DNA of 64,000 nucleotides from an uncultured Actinomycetes bacterium (GTDB taxonomy: Bacteria > Actinomycetota > Thermoleophilia > Gaiellales > JAICJC01): NCBI GenBank assembly GCA_963755675.1, contig CAVWLK010000062.1, positions 256,445 to 320,444 on the forward strand. Direction: 5' to 3'. Shown in pieces: positions 28,458 to 38,266 of this stretch. Numbering within the stretch: the stretch's first letter is position 1; each line of letters opens with the position of its first letter. The translations under genes were made by a program, and so were the position numbers. A model generated the notes under the pieces. That model worked only from the letters and a program-made list of their open reading frames with translations, was not told the origin of the DNA and ran no database searches.

Positions 28458-30626
28458 TCAATCCCGGATGCGTGCCGGGAGCGCCAGACGCACCGTCGTG
28501 CCTTGACCGGGCGACGTCTCGATCGTCGCATGTCCACCGGCGGCCTGAAGTCGCCCCGTGAGAGCCTCCAACCCCAGGTGGTTCGTCTCGCGCGCGCGCC
28601 GCAGGGCGCTTTCGAGGTGAAAGCCACGGCCGTCGTCGGTCACGTCGACCTCCAGCTGCTCGCCGACGAGCCGGATGGCGACCTCGACCCGGCGGGCCGC
28701 CGAGTGCTTGCGGGCGTTGGTGATCAGTTCGGCGATGCTGCGAAACGCGATCGTCTCGGTGGCGGGATCGAGCCTCTGGTCGAGCCCCTGCTCGGTGAGC
28801 CCGACGGTGACCTGGCGCTCGCCCTCGATCGAGCGAAGCAGCTGTCTCACGGCCGGCACCAGGCCGTTCTCCCACAGCACCGCGGGACGCAGCTCAAACG
28901 TCATCCGGCGAGTGCGGTCGACGGCGCCGGCCATCAGCTGGGCGGCCTCGATCAGCATCGCCCGGGCGCGCACCACCTCCCCCTGATCGATCGCACGGCG
29001 CACCCGGTCAAGCGACAACACGCAGGCAGCCATGACCTGGATCGTGTCGTCGTGCAGGTCGGCCGCCACGGACGAGCGCTCATCCTCCTGTGCGCGCACG
29101 AGCCGCGCCAGCAGTTCGCGGCGGCTGGCCTCGAGCTGCTCGAGCCGGCGCGCGCGCTGCTCGGACTCGGCTCTCAGTCCAGCGCCGCGCATCGCTGCGC
29201 CGACCTGCTCGGCGATGGTGGTCATCAGCATCGCGTCGTCCTCGTCGAAGCCGTCCGTTTGCTCGTCGTACACACCGATCACGGCCTGGCAGACGCCGTC
29301 CACCATCACCGGGGTGGCCAGCACCGAGTTGAACGTGCACGGTCCCGGCCACGACCCGTCGTTCGCGTCCTCGAGTGAGGTGAGCACCAACTGCTGTCCG
29401 GTCGCGAACACGCGCCCTGCCGTCCCCTCCAATCGCCTCCGGCGCAGGCCGCGATGGCTCTCGCCGTGGCGCAGGAGGTCTTCGACCACGACGTGCGCAT
29501 CCTCCTCTGCCAGTGCTCGGAACGCGGACACCGAGCTGTACCCGGTCCACTCGAAGAGGATCTGAGACGCGCGTCGAAGCGCCTCATCGGCATCCCGGGC
29601 CGACGCCACCTGCTTGGCGACGTCGCCCGCCAACGCCAGCACCATCGCTCGCCGCCCGGCGGCCTCGCGCAGCCGCACGCCGCGGAGCGCCGCCGCGATC
29701 TGATCGGCGACCGTGCGCATCAGCGCGGCGTCGTTGACGCCGAATCGCTCCGGCAGCACGTCGCCGAGTTCGAGCACGGCCACGCACTCGTCATCGATCA
29801 CGATCGGCGTGACGATCAGGGACTGCTGGTGGGTCGGCCCCGGCCACGTATACAGGGGATGGTCCGGCGCGCGGTCGAGCAGCATCTGCATGCGACCGGC
29901 GATCACCCGGCCGACGACGCCCTCTCCGAGCGGCCGGCGCATGCCGCGAAGGCTGGTGCCGAGCGCCTGCAGGTCCTCGACCAGTACCTGCTCGCCGGTC
30001 GCACGATCGACCATGGTGGCGGCGACGCCTCGGTAGCCGATGATCTCGGACAGCGATGACGTAGCGACACGCAGCGCCTGCTCGATCGTCTGCGCCGAGC
30101 TGACGGCGTTGGCAACCACCCGCGCGAGCCGGAGCTGGGCCGAGCGCAGGGCGAGCGCCTGCTCCAGCGCGGCCGTGGCTGAGATCCACTCGCAGGCGGT
30201 CTTGGCCGCCTCAAGCTGCCGGTCGGAGAATCCTGAGTGAGACGCCCCGCGGACCAGCAACACCGCGCCCAGCACGTCTCCGGCGGAGATCAGGGGCAGG
30301 GCGACGGCCGCGCCGGTGGGCATCCGGCGGTCGCGAATCCCACTCGAGCGACCGGGAGGCATCCGGCGGCGAAGCTGAGGCTCGCGGGTCGCGAGCGCCG
30401 CCCCGAGCAGCGTCTCCGGCGCCTTGGGCCACACCGCGCGGGCCGAAACAGCGTCGACCCCGTCGGCGAGCAGCAGCCTCTGCGTCGAGCCGGTCAGGAG
30501 GATCGCGCCGTACTCCGCGCCGGACACGTCAACGGCATGCGCGAGCAGCGCACGCAACAGGCTCTCGCTGTCGGCAGCCGTGCGCGGGGGCGGCTGGGCA
30601 TCGCTGAGGCAGGGATCACTGGACAT
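28458..30626 (-). CDS. multi-GAF sensor histidine kinase (HisKA_3 + HATPase_c)
   Basis: 722 aa with several GAF-like blocks, the H box DLHDDTIQV, and C-terminal GGHATIETSPGQGTTV. Confidence 0.9.
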   Translation of the reverse strand: MSSDPCLSDAQPPPRTAADSESLLRALLAHAVDVSGAEYGAILLTGSTQRLLLADGVDAVSARAVWPKAPETLLGAALATREPQLRRRMPPGRSSGIRDRRMPTGAAVALPLISAGDVLGAVLLVRGASHSGFSDRQLEAAKTACEWISATAALEQALALRSAQLRLARVVANAVSSAQTIEQALRVATSSLSEIIGYRGVAATMVDRATGEQVLVEDLQALGTSLRGMRRPLGEGVVGRVIAGRMQMLLDRAPDHPLYTWPGPTHQQSLIVTPIVIDDECVAVLELGDVLPERFGVNDAALMRTVADQIAAALRGVRLREAAGRRAMVLALAGDVAKQVASARDADEALRRASQILFEWTGYSSVSAFRALAEEDAHVVVEDLLRHGESHRGLRRRRLEGTAGRVFATGQQLVLTSLEDANDGSWPGPCTFNSVLATPVMVDGVCQAVIGVYDEQTDGFDEDDAMLMTTIAEQVGAAMRGAGLRAESEQRARRLEQLEASRRELLARLVRAQEDERSSVAADLHDDTIQVMAACVLSLDRVRRAIDQGEVVRARAMLIEAAQLMAGAVDRTRRMTFELRPAVLWENGLVPAVRQLLRSIEGERQVTVGLTEQGLDQRLDPATETIAFRSIAELITNARKHSAARRVEVAIRLVGEQLEVDVTDDGRGFHLESALRRARETNHLGLEALTGRLQAAGGHATIETSPGQGTTVRLALPARIRD

Positions 30627-30656
30627 CGCCGTCAGACACGCGGCGGCCCCGTGCCG

Positions 30657-31340
30657 TTACACGGCCGCGGCCAGGGCGGCAACGAACCGGGCTCGCCACG
30701 ACGTCATGCTGAAGCTGTCGGCACCGATCAACCGGCGCGCCTCGTCGGCATCAGCCGCGGGCGTTGCCGACATTGCCAACCACGGATTTACCTGCCAGGT
30801 CGAGTCCCATCGCATCTCGGCCTCGAGCACCAGGCCATGCGGCGCCAGCAGATCTGCAACCTCCCCCTCACGTGGCAATCGGCGGTGGCCGCGATCGCGC
30901 AGCCGCTCCACCGTCTCCCACCGCTCGGCTCGCTCCGGGTCGGGGTCAGCCAGGTAGTCCTGGACGACGATCGAGCCGCCGGGAGCCAACACGCGTGCCA
31001 TCTCGGCCAGCGTGAGGGCGGGTTCGGCGACGTGATGGAGGGTGTTGACACATGTGACAAGGTCAAACTCCGCGTCCTGGAACGGCATCGCCTCCGCGCT
31101 CCCGACCACCGCCCGCACGCCGGCCGGAGCGTGGTCGAGCATCGCCTGAGAGGGGTCCAGGGCGACGGCCTCCCCCACCACGCCGAGCAGCGCAGCGGAC
31201 AGCAGAGCCGGCCCCGCGCCCACATCTAACGCCCGTTGTCCCGGCTGCGGACGACACCACTCCGCGAAACCCGACCAGTCCTTCAGCCGGGCGGCGTCTG
31301 CGTACAGGTCAGCCGTCCTGTCGAACCTGCTGCCTGACAA
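30657..31340 (-). CDS. class I SAM-dependent methyltransferase
   Basis: Contains ALDVGAGPA (motif I) and LAPGGSIVV. The start is uncertain; a TTG at 31340 is assumed. Confidence 0.75.
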   Translation of the reverse strand: MSGSRFDRTADLYADAARLKDWSGFAEWCRPQPGQRALDVGAGPALLSAALLGVVGEAVALDPSQAMLDHAPAGVRAVVGSAEAMPFQDAEFDLVTCVNTLHHVAEPALTLAEMARVLAPGGSIVVQDYLADPDPERAERWETVERLRDRGHRRLPREGEVADLLAPHGLVLEAEMRWDSTWQVNPWLAMSATPAADADEARRLIGADSFSMTSWRARFVAALAAAV

Positions 31341-32704
31341 GCTCCACCGCCTCCTCCCGCGTCGTGACCGTTCCTGCGGCCTGTTCCTCGGCCAAAATGT
31401 CCACCAGCCTGCCGATCGCGGGGCCGGCGACGCCCGCCTCGCCGGCGATCTCATCCCCACGCAGCAACGGCGGGCGGCCGTCTCGCTCGAGCTCGCCGAT
31501 CAGCGTCAGCATCTCGTCAGCCGTCTCGCCGTGCTTTCGCAGGTGGCGCAGGCGCGAGCTCGGGCCGCGGGTTGCCAGCCGGTCGGCCAGTGACAGCATC
31601 ACGCTCGAGCCGGGCCAGGGTGCCGTCGCGCGCAGGTAGCGGTGCGCCAGGCGCAGGCCCAGCGGCCGCGACGGGATCGAGAAGCCGAGCGCCAGGTGCT
31701 CGCGCACCAGCATTCTGCAGAAGCGGATCAGATGCGTTGCTGGCCTTCCAGCGGCCAAGGATGTCGGCGGCCGCCTCGGCGCCCTGCGCGTCATGGCCCA
31801 TGAACCCGATCCGGCCGTCCACCTCGCGCCGCGTCTGCGGCTTGCGGATGTCGTGGAACAGCGCCGCCAGCCGCAACGCCTGCCGCGCGGTCATCTCGTC
31901 ACCGACGACCGAGTCCAGTTCCCGCCTCAGGCGCTCGACGTGGGCCGGGAGGTAGTGAGCCGGGTGGTCGCCGATGTCGGCCACCGCCTCGATCACGTGC
32001 AGGGTGTGCTCCCAGACGTCCAGCTGATGGTGTTCGCTCTGAAGGCAACCCCGCAGGGGCACGATCTCGGGAAGCACCACGTCGAGCACTCCCAGCGCGT
32101 CGACCCGCCGCAGGGCCTCGGCAGGGCGATCGCCGCCCATCAGTCGACGCACCTCCATGAAGATCCGCTCCGCCGAGGGCTCCGCCGCCCTGCCGCTGCG
32201 CTGCTCCGCCAGCCGTGCGGTGCCCGGCTCGATCGCGAACCCCAGCTCGTGCGCGATCCGAGGCAGTCGCAGCAGACGCAGCGGATCGTCGTCGAACACG
32301 GCATCCGACACCGCCCGCACCACGCCGGCTTCGAGGTCGGCGGTGCCTCCGCTGGGATCGACCGGCTCGCCGCCCGCGAGCGGGATCGCGATCGCGTTGA
32401 TCGTGAAGTCGCGAAGAGCGAGGTCCTGCTCCAGCGTGCCCCGGCAGCCGGCCACGTCGATCGTGTGCCCGGCGTCGACCACGCGCCACGCACCATGCCT
32501 CTCCGAGAGCGGAAACGGCGATCCGCCCAGCGAGCGGGCGAGCCGCCGGGCAACGCGGCCGGGATCGTCCTCGACCACCAGGTCGATGTCGGTCACCGGG
32601 CGTTCGAGCAGCAGGTCGCGGACGCTGCCGCCCACCAGCCAGCCGCCGTCGACCGGCGCCTTGGCGCGGATCTCGGCCAGCCGGTCAGCCACCGACAACG
32701 ACAT
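31309..32704 (-). pseudogene. CCA-adding enzyme / poly(A) polymerase family protein with HD domain, one frame break (~31745) as assembled
   Basis: Contains GGSVRDLLL, DIDLVV, RDFTINA and LFHDIRKP. The C-terminal part continues in ORF 31309..31794. Confidence 0.8.
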
Positions 32705-33796
32705 GCTCCACCCGTCTGCGGCGGGGCGCAATGTCGGTCAGGATCTCGTAGCTGATCGTGTCCGACAGGCCCGCCCACTCCTCAGCGCCGATCCGCTCGT
32801 CGCCCTGCCCGCCGATCAGGACGACGGGGTCGCCGAGCTCGACGTCGCACCGTTCGCCGATGACGAAGGTGAGCTGATCCATGCTGATGGTGGCCGCGAC
32901 CCGGCGCCTGCGACCGCGCACGAGCACGTCCATCTTCCCGGACAGCACGCGCGGCACGCCGTCGGCGTACCCGGCAGGGGCGAGCCCGATCCAGATCGGG
33001 CGATGCGACCACCAGCCGGCGTCCGTAGCCGGCGCTGTCGCCGGGCTGGAGCTGCTTGACCTGGGCGACGTAGCTCTCGAACCGAAGCGCCGGGCGAAGC
33101 CCGTGCCGGGCGGGGTCGTCCTGGAACGGCGAGAGGCCGTAGACAGCGATGCCACAGCGGACGGCATCCCAGGCGGCGCCGGCTATGGCGATCGCGGCGG
33201 CGCTGTTTGCGACGTGGCGCGGGCAGGGCGGGAACACCTCCGCCAGCTGGGAGAACCGTTCCAGCTGGAGCTGCGTGTACCTGGCGTCCTCGTCGGCCGA
33301 GGCCAGGTGGCTCATCAGCCCGCCCAGCCGCAGCCGGGACGATCCGGCGACGAGCTCTTCGCCGGCCCGGCGCGCGTCGTCGGCGCTCATCCCCCACCGC
33401 CCCATGCCGCTGTCGAGCTTGACGTGCACCGGCAGCGGCTCGCGCGCGGCCGCCCGCAGCCGGGCCAGCCCTTCGACGGATGAGACCGCGACCTCGACGC
33501 CGGTCACGTCCTCCTCCTCGCCGGGGGCGAGCGGGCTCATCACCAGCACGGGCGCGCCGGGCAGGTCGGCACGCAGCGCCCGCGCCTCCTCCCACGTCGC
33601 CACGCACAGCTTGGTGGCACCGGCGGCGAGCGCGGCGCGGCCGACCAGCGACGCGCCGTGGCCGTAGCCGTCGGCCTTCACAACCGCCCACAGCTCGGCC
33701 GGGGCTGCCCGACCGCTCGAGTCGATCGACGTTGTCGGCGATCGCGGCCAGATCGATGGTCACCGTGGCTCGTGAGGTTCTCTGCGCGGCGATCAT
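32685..33796 (-). pseudogene. alr: alanine racemase, two frame breaks (~33700, ~33010) as assembled
   Basis: Contains TIDLAAIADNV, VKADGYGHG (PLP lysine), RCGIAVYGLSP and AGYADGVPR, spread over three frames. Confidence 0.85.
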
Positions 33797-35298
33797 GCCA
33801 CCTCCCCCGCGAGGACGCCCGGCAGCGCGGCAATCACGTCGCTGCTGATGATCCCGTCCCGGCCGCAGCGCCTCGGACGCGGCGCGCCCGGCGCGCGCGT
33901 GGGCCACCGCGCCGCAACAGGCCGCCGTCCACGGGTCGAGGCCGCGCGCGAGCATGGCGGCGATCACGCCGGTCAGCACGTCGCCGGATCCGGCCGTTGC
34001 CAGGCCAGGCGCGTCCGACACCGAGACGACGACGTGCTCGCCGCCGGGCTCGGCAATGAGCGTGTCCGCGCCCTTCAGCAGCACCACCGCGCGGCTGGTC
34101 GCGGCTGCCTCGCGGACGGCGGCCAGCCGGTTCGACTGCACCCAGCCGGCCTCGCGCCCAAGCAGCCTCGCCATCTCGCCCTCGTGCGGGGTCAACACCG
34201 CGGGGAGGCGACGGCCGGCGGTCAGCTCGAGCTCGCCGGCGAGCGCGAACAGCGCGTCCGCGTCGATCACGATCGATCCCCGGTGCCCGCGCGCAAGCCG
34301 CCGGGCCAGCGCGATCGCCTCCGGTGACCGGCCAAGGCCCGGGCCGAGCGCGACGCGCGCCCGCTCGCGACGCCAGCTCCAGCCCCTCCCGGCGCGGCCG
34401 CACCATCAACTCGGGCTGGCGACCCTCGATCTGGGCCACCTGCTCGTCCGGCACGGCCAGCCAGACGACCCCCGCGCCCGCCCGCAGCGCTGCGGTGGCG
34501 CACAGTACGGGGGCGCCGGCGTACCCAGGTGCGCCCCCGACGACCAGCACCGAGCCGGCGCTGTACTTGGTCGATGCTGACGTCTTCGGCGGCACCCGAT
34601 CGAGCAGGTCGCGGGTGGCCAGGGCTGCGTGCGTGGGCCGCTCGAGCTGGGTCGGGATCCCGATGTCTGCGACCACCACGGCGCCGGCATGGCGACTGCC
34701 GGGTGCGACCACCAGGCCCAGCTTTGGCCCGTGGAAAGCGATCGTGAACGCGGCTACGACCGCCTCGCCCTCGACCGTTCCGGTCGAGGCGTCAACGCCG
34801 GACGGCACGTCCAACGAGACGACGGGGCGTCTGCTGGCGTTGATGGCAGCGATCACGCCCGCCGCATCGCCGCGCGCTCGGCCACGGAAGCCGACGCCGA
34901 ACACGGCGTCGACGACCACGTCGGACCGGCGAAGCGCGGCCCGCAGGGCGGTCACCGCCGGCCGGCGGGTGATCCGGACTCCCAGTCTCTCAGCCGCCTC
35001 CAAATTCGTGCGGGCATCGATCGAGAGCTTCGACGCAACGCCCGTCAGCAGCACCTCGACGGTCGTGCCAGAGGAGTGCAGGTGGCGGGCGACGACGAAG
35101 CCGTCGCCGCCGTTGTTGCCAGACCCGCAGACGATCGCGACGCGGGTCGGCGGATGCGAAGCGCTGCCCGATCTCATGCGCTGCGGCCAGGCCGGCGCGC
35201 TCCATCAACACCGCCCCGGGCATGCCAAGGCCCTCGATGGCGGCGCTGTCGAGAGCGCGAATCTCGTCCGCGTCGTAGAGGGGAAGCAGTCCGCTCAC
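33793..35298 (-). pseudogene. nnr: bifunctional NAD(P)H-hydrate repair enzyme (epimerase/dehydratase, YjeF), about 3 frame breaks as assembled
   Basis: Contains VCGSGNNGGDGFV, KYSAGSVLVVGG, LTPHEGEMARL and ATAGSGDVLTG. Its GTGA overlaps the acpS stop and its ATGA overlaps the alr start. Confidence 0.85.
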
Positions 35299-35654
35299 GG
35301 CTCGTGCACGATCGCGACTGCGCCGGCCATGCCGCGGGAGTGGGTCATCGAGAGGTCGATCGCTCCCGCCCCCAGACGGTCGGCCAGCTCGGCCACCTTG
35401 CCGGACAGCGTCACGGCCGGCTTGGGACGGCCGGCGATCTCGATGTCCCGCCACATGAACTCGACGCCACACCCGATCGCCTTGCCGACCGCCTCCTTGC
35501 CGGCGAACCGAGCCGCGAAGTGCTGGGCGGGATTCGGGCGCGAGAAGCAGTAGGCGCGCTCACGCTCGGTGAACACCCGATCGGCGAAGCGCGGGCGCTT
35601 CTCGAGCGCGGCCCGCACGCGATCGATCTCGATCATGTCGATGCCGACCCGCAT
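35295..35654 (-). CDS. acpS: holo-[acyl-carrier-protein] synthase
   Basis: Contains GIDMIEIDRV, FAARFAGKEAVGKA and SMTHS. Confidence 0.92.
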   Translation of the reverse strand: MRVGIDMIEIDRVRAALEKRPRFADRVFTERERAYCFSRPNPAQHFAARFAGKEAVGKAIGCGVEFMWRDIEIAGRPKPAVTLSGKVAELADRLGAGAIDLSMTHSRGMAGAVAIVHEP

Positions 35655-35718
35655 GTTGGGCAGTGTAGAGGCTCGATCCAGTGCCAGTACCGCGACAATT
35701 CCATCACGCCCGCGCGGG

Positions 35719-35839
35719 GAGTGTTTGACTCCAATAATTCGCTTCGGCGAGAGATTCGCTCAACCAGGCGGTGAACTCGTCACAAACACGTCACAGCGGT
35801 GGAAACTCCGCTTCATGAGTGTTTGACTCCAGAATTCGG
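35719..35839. repeat. two direct copies of GAGTGTTTGACTCCA(n)AATTCG plus an inverted GTCACAAACAC
   Basis: The direct copies lie at 35719-35741 and 35818-35839. The inverted core lies at 35779-35789. All sit in the divergent acpS / MBL-hydrolase intergenic region. Confidence 0.6.
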
Positions 35840-35897
35840 CGCTCGACTGGGGGGTTGACGCGGAGGTACGGATGTGGTGCGGCGCTAGGCTTGCGCG

Positions 35898-36694
35898 ATG
35901 AGCAGAGCCGTCCAGCTCACCGCAACCGCCACCTGGTGGCCGAGCGTGCTGTGGCAGACCACCACGCTCGAGGTGCTGCGCGGCGGGGAGCGGCTGCTGG
36001 TCGATCCCGGCATCGCCCCCTGGGAGGTGCGCGAAGCAGCCGGGGAAGGCGCCGCGAACCTGCTCATCACGCACGCCGACTGGGACCACGTGATGGGCAT
36101 CGGGCTTCTCCCGGGCGCCCGCGTGCACGCCTCGCCGGGAGCCGCCGAGCGGATCCGGAGCGGCGAGGCGCGCAGCTCCGTCGAGACCGAGTCTCGCCCC
36201 TATGTCCTCCCGCTCGAAGGCCTCGACGGGCTGCGGGTCGACGAGCAGCTGCCCGAGGGCGGCGGCGAGACCACGATCGGGAGCTTCGCGGCCGTCTGCC
36301 ACCCCGCCCCGGGCCACACTCCGGATGGATTCGCCGTGCTCCTGCCCGAGGAGGATCTGCTGATCGTCGGCGACCACCTCTCGCAGCAAGAGGTGCCCTT
36401 CATCGAGGACTCCGCCTGGCACTACCGCGACACGCTGCAGATGCTCACCTCCGTGATCGAGCGCGAGCGCCCGGCGCTGGTCGTGATCGGACACGGCCCA
36501 CCCCACTCCAGCGACGTCGCGCTGCGCGTCGCGGCCGACGACCTGGCCTATGTCGAGGCCTTGATCCGCCACGCCGAAGCCGGCGGCTCCCCCGACACCC
36601 CCGAGGCCGTCCCCATCCCCAGCGGGGCAGCGACGACGAGGTCGAGCATGCCGGCAACCTGCGCCGCACCTGCGAGGCCGCCGTCGCGCGGTGA
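35898..36694 (+). pseudogene. MBL-fold metallo-hydrolase, one frame break (~36615) as assembled
   Basis: Contains LLITHADWDHVMG and PGHTPDG. The expected C-terminus ...DDEVEHAGNLRRTCEAAVAR ends in a TGA that overlaps the GTG of the next gene. Confidence 0.75.
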
Positions 36695-37452
36695 TCCCCG
36701 ACCGCGAACTGCTGCGCGACCTGGCCGAGGACGCTCTTGCGCCGGCGCCGCCTCCCGGAGCCGCCACCAGGCGCGTGGTCGGAGACGGCTGGATCGCCGA
36801 GATCGGCCCCGAGCCGTCGCCCGACATGAACATCGTGCTTCGGCTCCGGCTGGAGGGCAGGGACATCGCCACCACCGTCGCAGACCTGCGCCGGCTGTTC
36901 GAGACCGCCGGCCGATCCGCAGCGACGTGGGAGATCTCGAGCGGCTCAAGCCCGGCCGGCCTCGAGCAGGAGCTTCGCGCCCTCGGCATGGTCACCAACG
37001 AGCCCGGCTCGGTGCTCGCCCTGGCCTGCACCACCGAGCCGGCCAGCTCCACCGAAGGCGTCACCGTTGAGCGCGTCGAGAGCGAGGCGCAGTTCCAGCT
37101 GGTGCGTGGGATCTACCAGCAGGCGGACGGCTGGTCGCCGGGAGACGAGTGGCTGCACGGCCCCGGTCACGTCACCCGCTATCTGGCCCGGATCGACGAG
37201 CGCCCGGTGGCCACCGCCGACATCACCTGGCTCGAACATGAGCGTGCCGTCTTCCTGGGCGGCGCGCTCACGCTGCCTGACGCGCGGGGCCGCGGCGCAT
37301 ACCGGGCGCTCGTGCACGCCCGCTGGGGCGACGCGGTCGCCGCCGGACGGCCGCTTGTCGTCACGCAGTCCGAGCCGATGTCACAGCCGATCCTGCTGCG
37401 GCTGGGGTTCGAGGTGGTCGGCCACATCATGATCCTGCTCGACCGGTGGTAG
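36691..37452 (+). CDS. GNAT family N-acetyltransferase
   Basis: C-terminal acetyl-CoA fold LPDARGRGAYRALVHARW...LGFEVVG. Confidence 0.8.
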   Translation: MIPDRELLRDLAEDALAPAPPPGAATRRVVGDGWIAEIGPEPSPDMNIVLRLRLEGRDIATTVADLRRLFETAGRSAATWEISSGSSPAGLEQELRALGMVTNEPGSVLALACTTEPASSTEGVTVERVESEAQFQLVRGIYQQADGWSPGDEWLHGPGHVTRYLARIDERPVATADITWLEHERAVFLGGALTLPDARGRGAYRALVHARWGDAVAAGRPLVVTQSEPMSQPILLRLGFEVVGHIMILLDRW

Positions 37453-37453
37453 C

Positions 37454-38236
37454 GTGGCGGCCGTGGACGACCACGTGCTGGGCCTGGCCGAGGACGCCAA
37501 CACCCATACGCCGCTGGGCGAGGGTGACGAGCGCATCGTCCGCGACCGGTTCGTGCTCTGGATGGGCCCCGGCTCGGAGTCGCACTGGAACGTCGCCCAG
37601 CGGTTCCGGATGCGCGCCGACGAGTTGGACGAGGTGCGCGCCGAGGTTCACGCGCTGCTTCGCGAGCGCGGCCGCGAGGCCTGCACCTGGGAGGTCGGCA
37701 GTTCGGCCACGCCGCCCGATCTGGTGGCGCTACTTCGCAGCCGCGGGCTGACGCCGGACGAGCCGGATCCGCTGCAGATCGGGATGGTGCTGGAGAGCCC
37801 GCCGCCCACGATCCCTGCCGCCGTGGCCGTACGCCGCGTCGAGACGGCCGGCGATCACGCGACCAGCGAGCGGATCGCCCGGCGCTGCTTCGGCATGGAC
37901 GACCCCACCGACGAGGAGCTCGAGAGCAGCCGTTCGCGCGGGCAGTCGCGCCGCTACCTGGCGCGGATCGACGGCGTCGACGTGGCAACCGGGACGGCCA
38001 CCTTCACCCCCCACGGCGTTGTCTTGAACGCCGGCTCGACGCTCCCGGAGGCCCGCGGACGCGGCGCCTACCGAGCGCTCGTGCGCGCCCGCTGGGACGA
38101 CGCCGTAGCGGCCGGCACGCCGGTGCTGATCACCCAGGCCGGGCGCATGTCGCTGCCGATCCTGGAGCGGCTCGGCTTCCACGCGGTGTGCGAGATCCAG
38201 GTGCTGCTCGACGAGTTCGCAGGCGAGCCCCGATAG
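37454..38236 (+). CDS. GNAT family N-acetyltransferase (tandem paralogue)
   Basis: Clearly paralogous to the preceding gene (YLARIDG..., LPEARGRGAYRALVRARW, LGFHAV). Confidence 0.8.
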   Translation: MAAVDDHVLGLAEDANTHTPLGEGDERIVRDRFVLWMGPGSESHWNVAQRFRMRADELDEVRAEVHALLRERGREACTWEVGSSATPPDLVALLRSRGLTPDEPDPLQIGMVLESPPPTIPAAVAVRRVETAGDHATSERIARRCFGMDDPTDEELESSRSRGQSRRYLARIDGVDVATGTATFTPHGVVLNAGSTLPEARGRGAYRALVRARWDDAVAAGTPVLITQAGRMSLPILERLGFHAVCEIQVLLDEFAGEPR

Positions 38237-38266
38237 CTCCAGAAATCCGGCAACTACACTTCCCGC

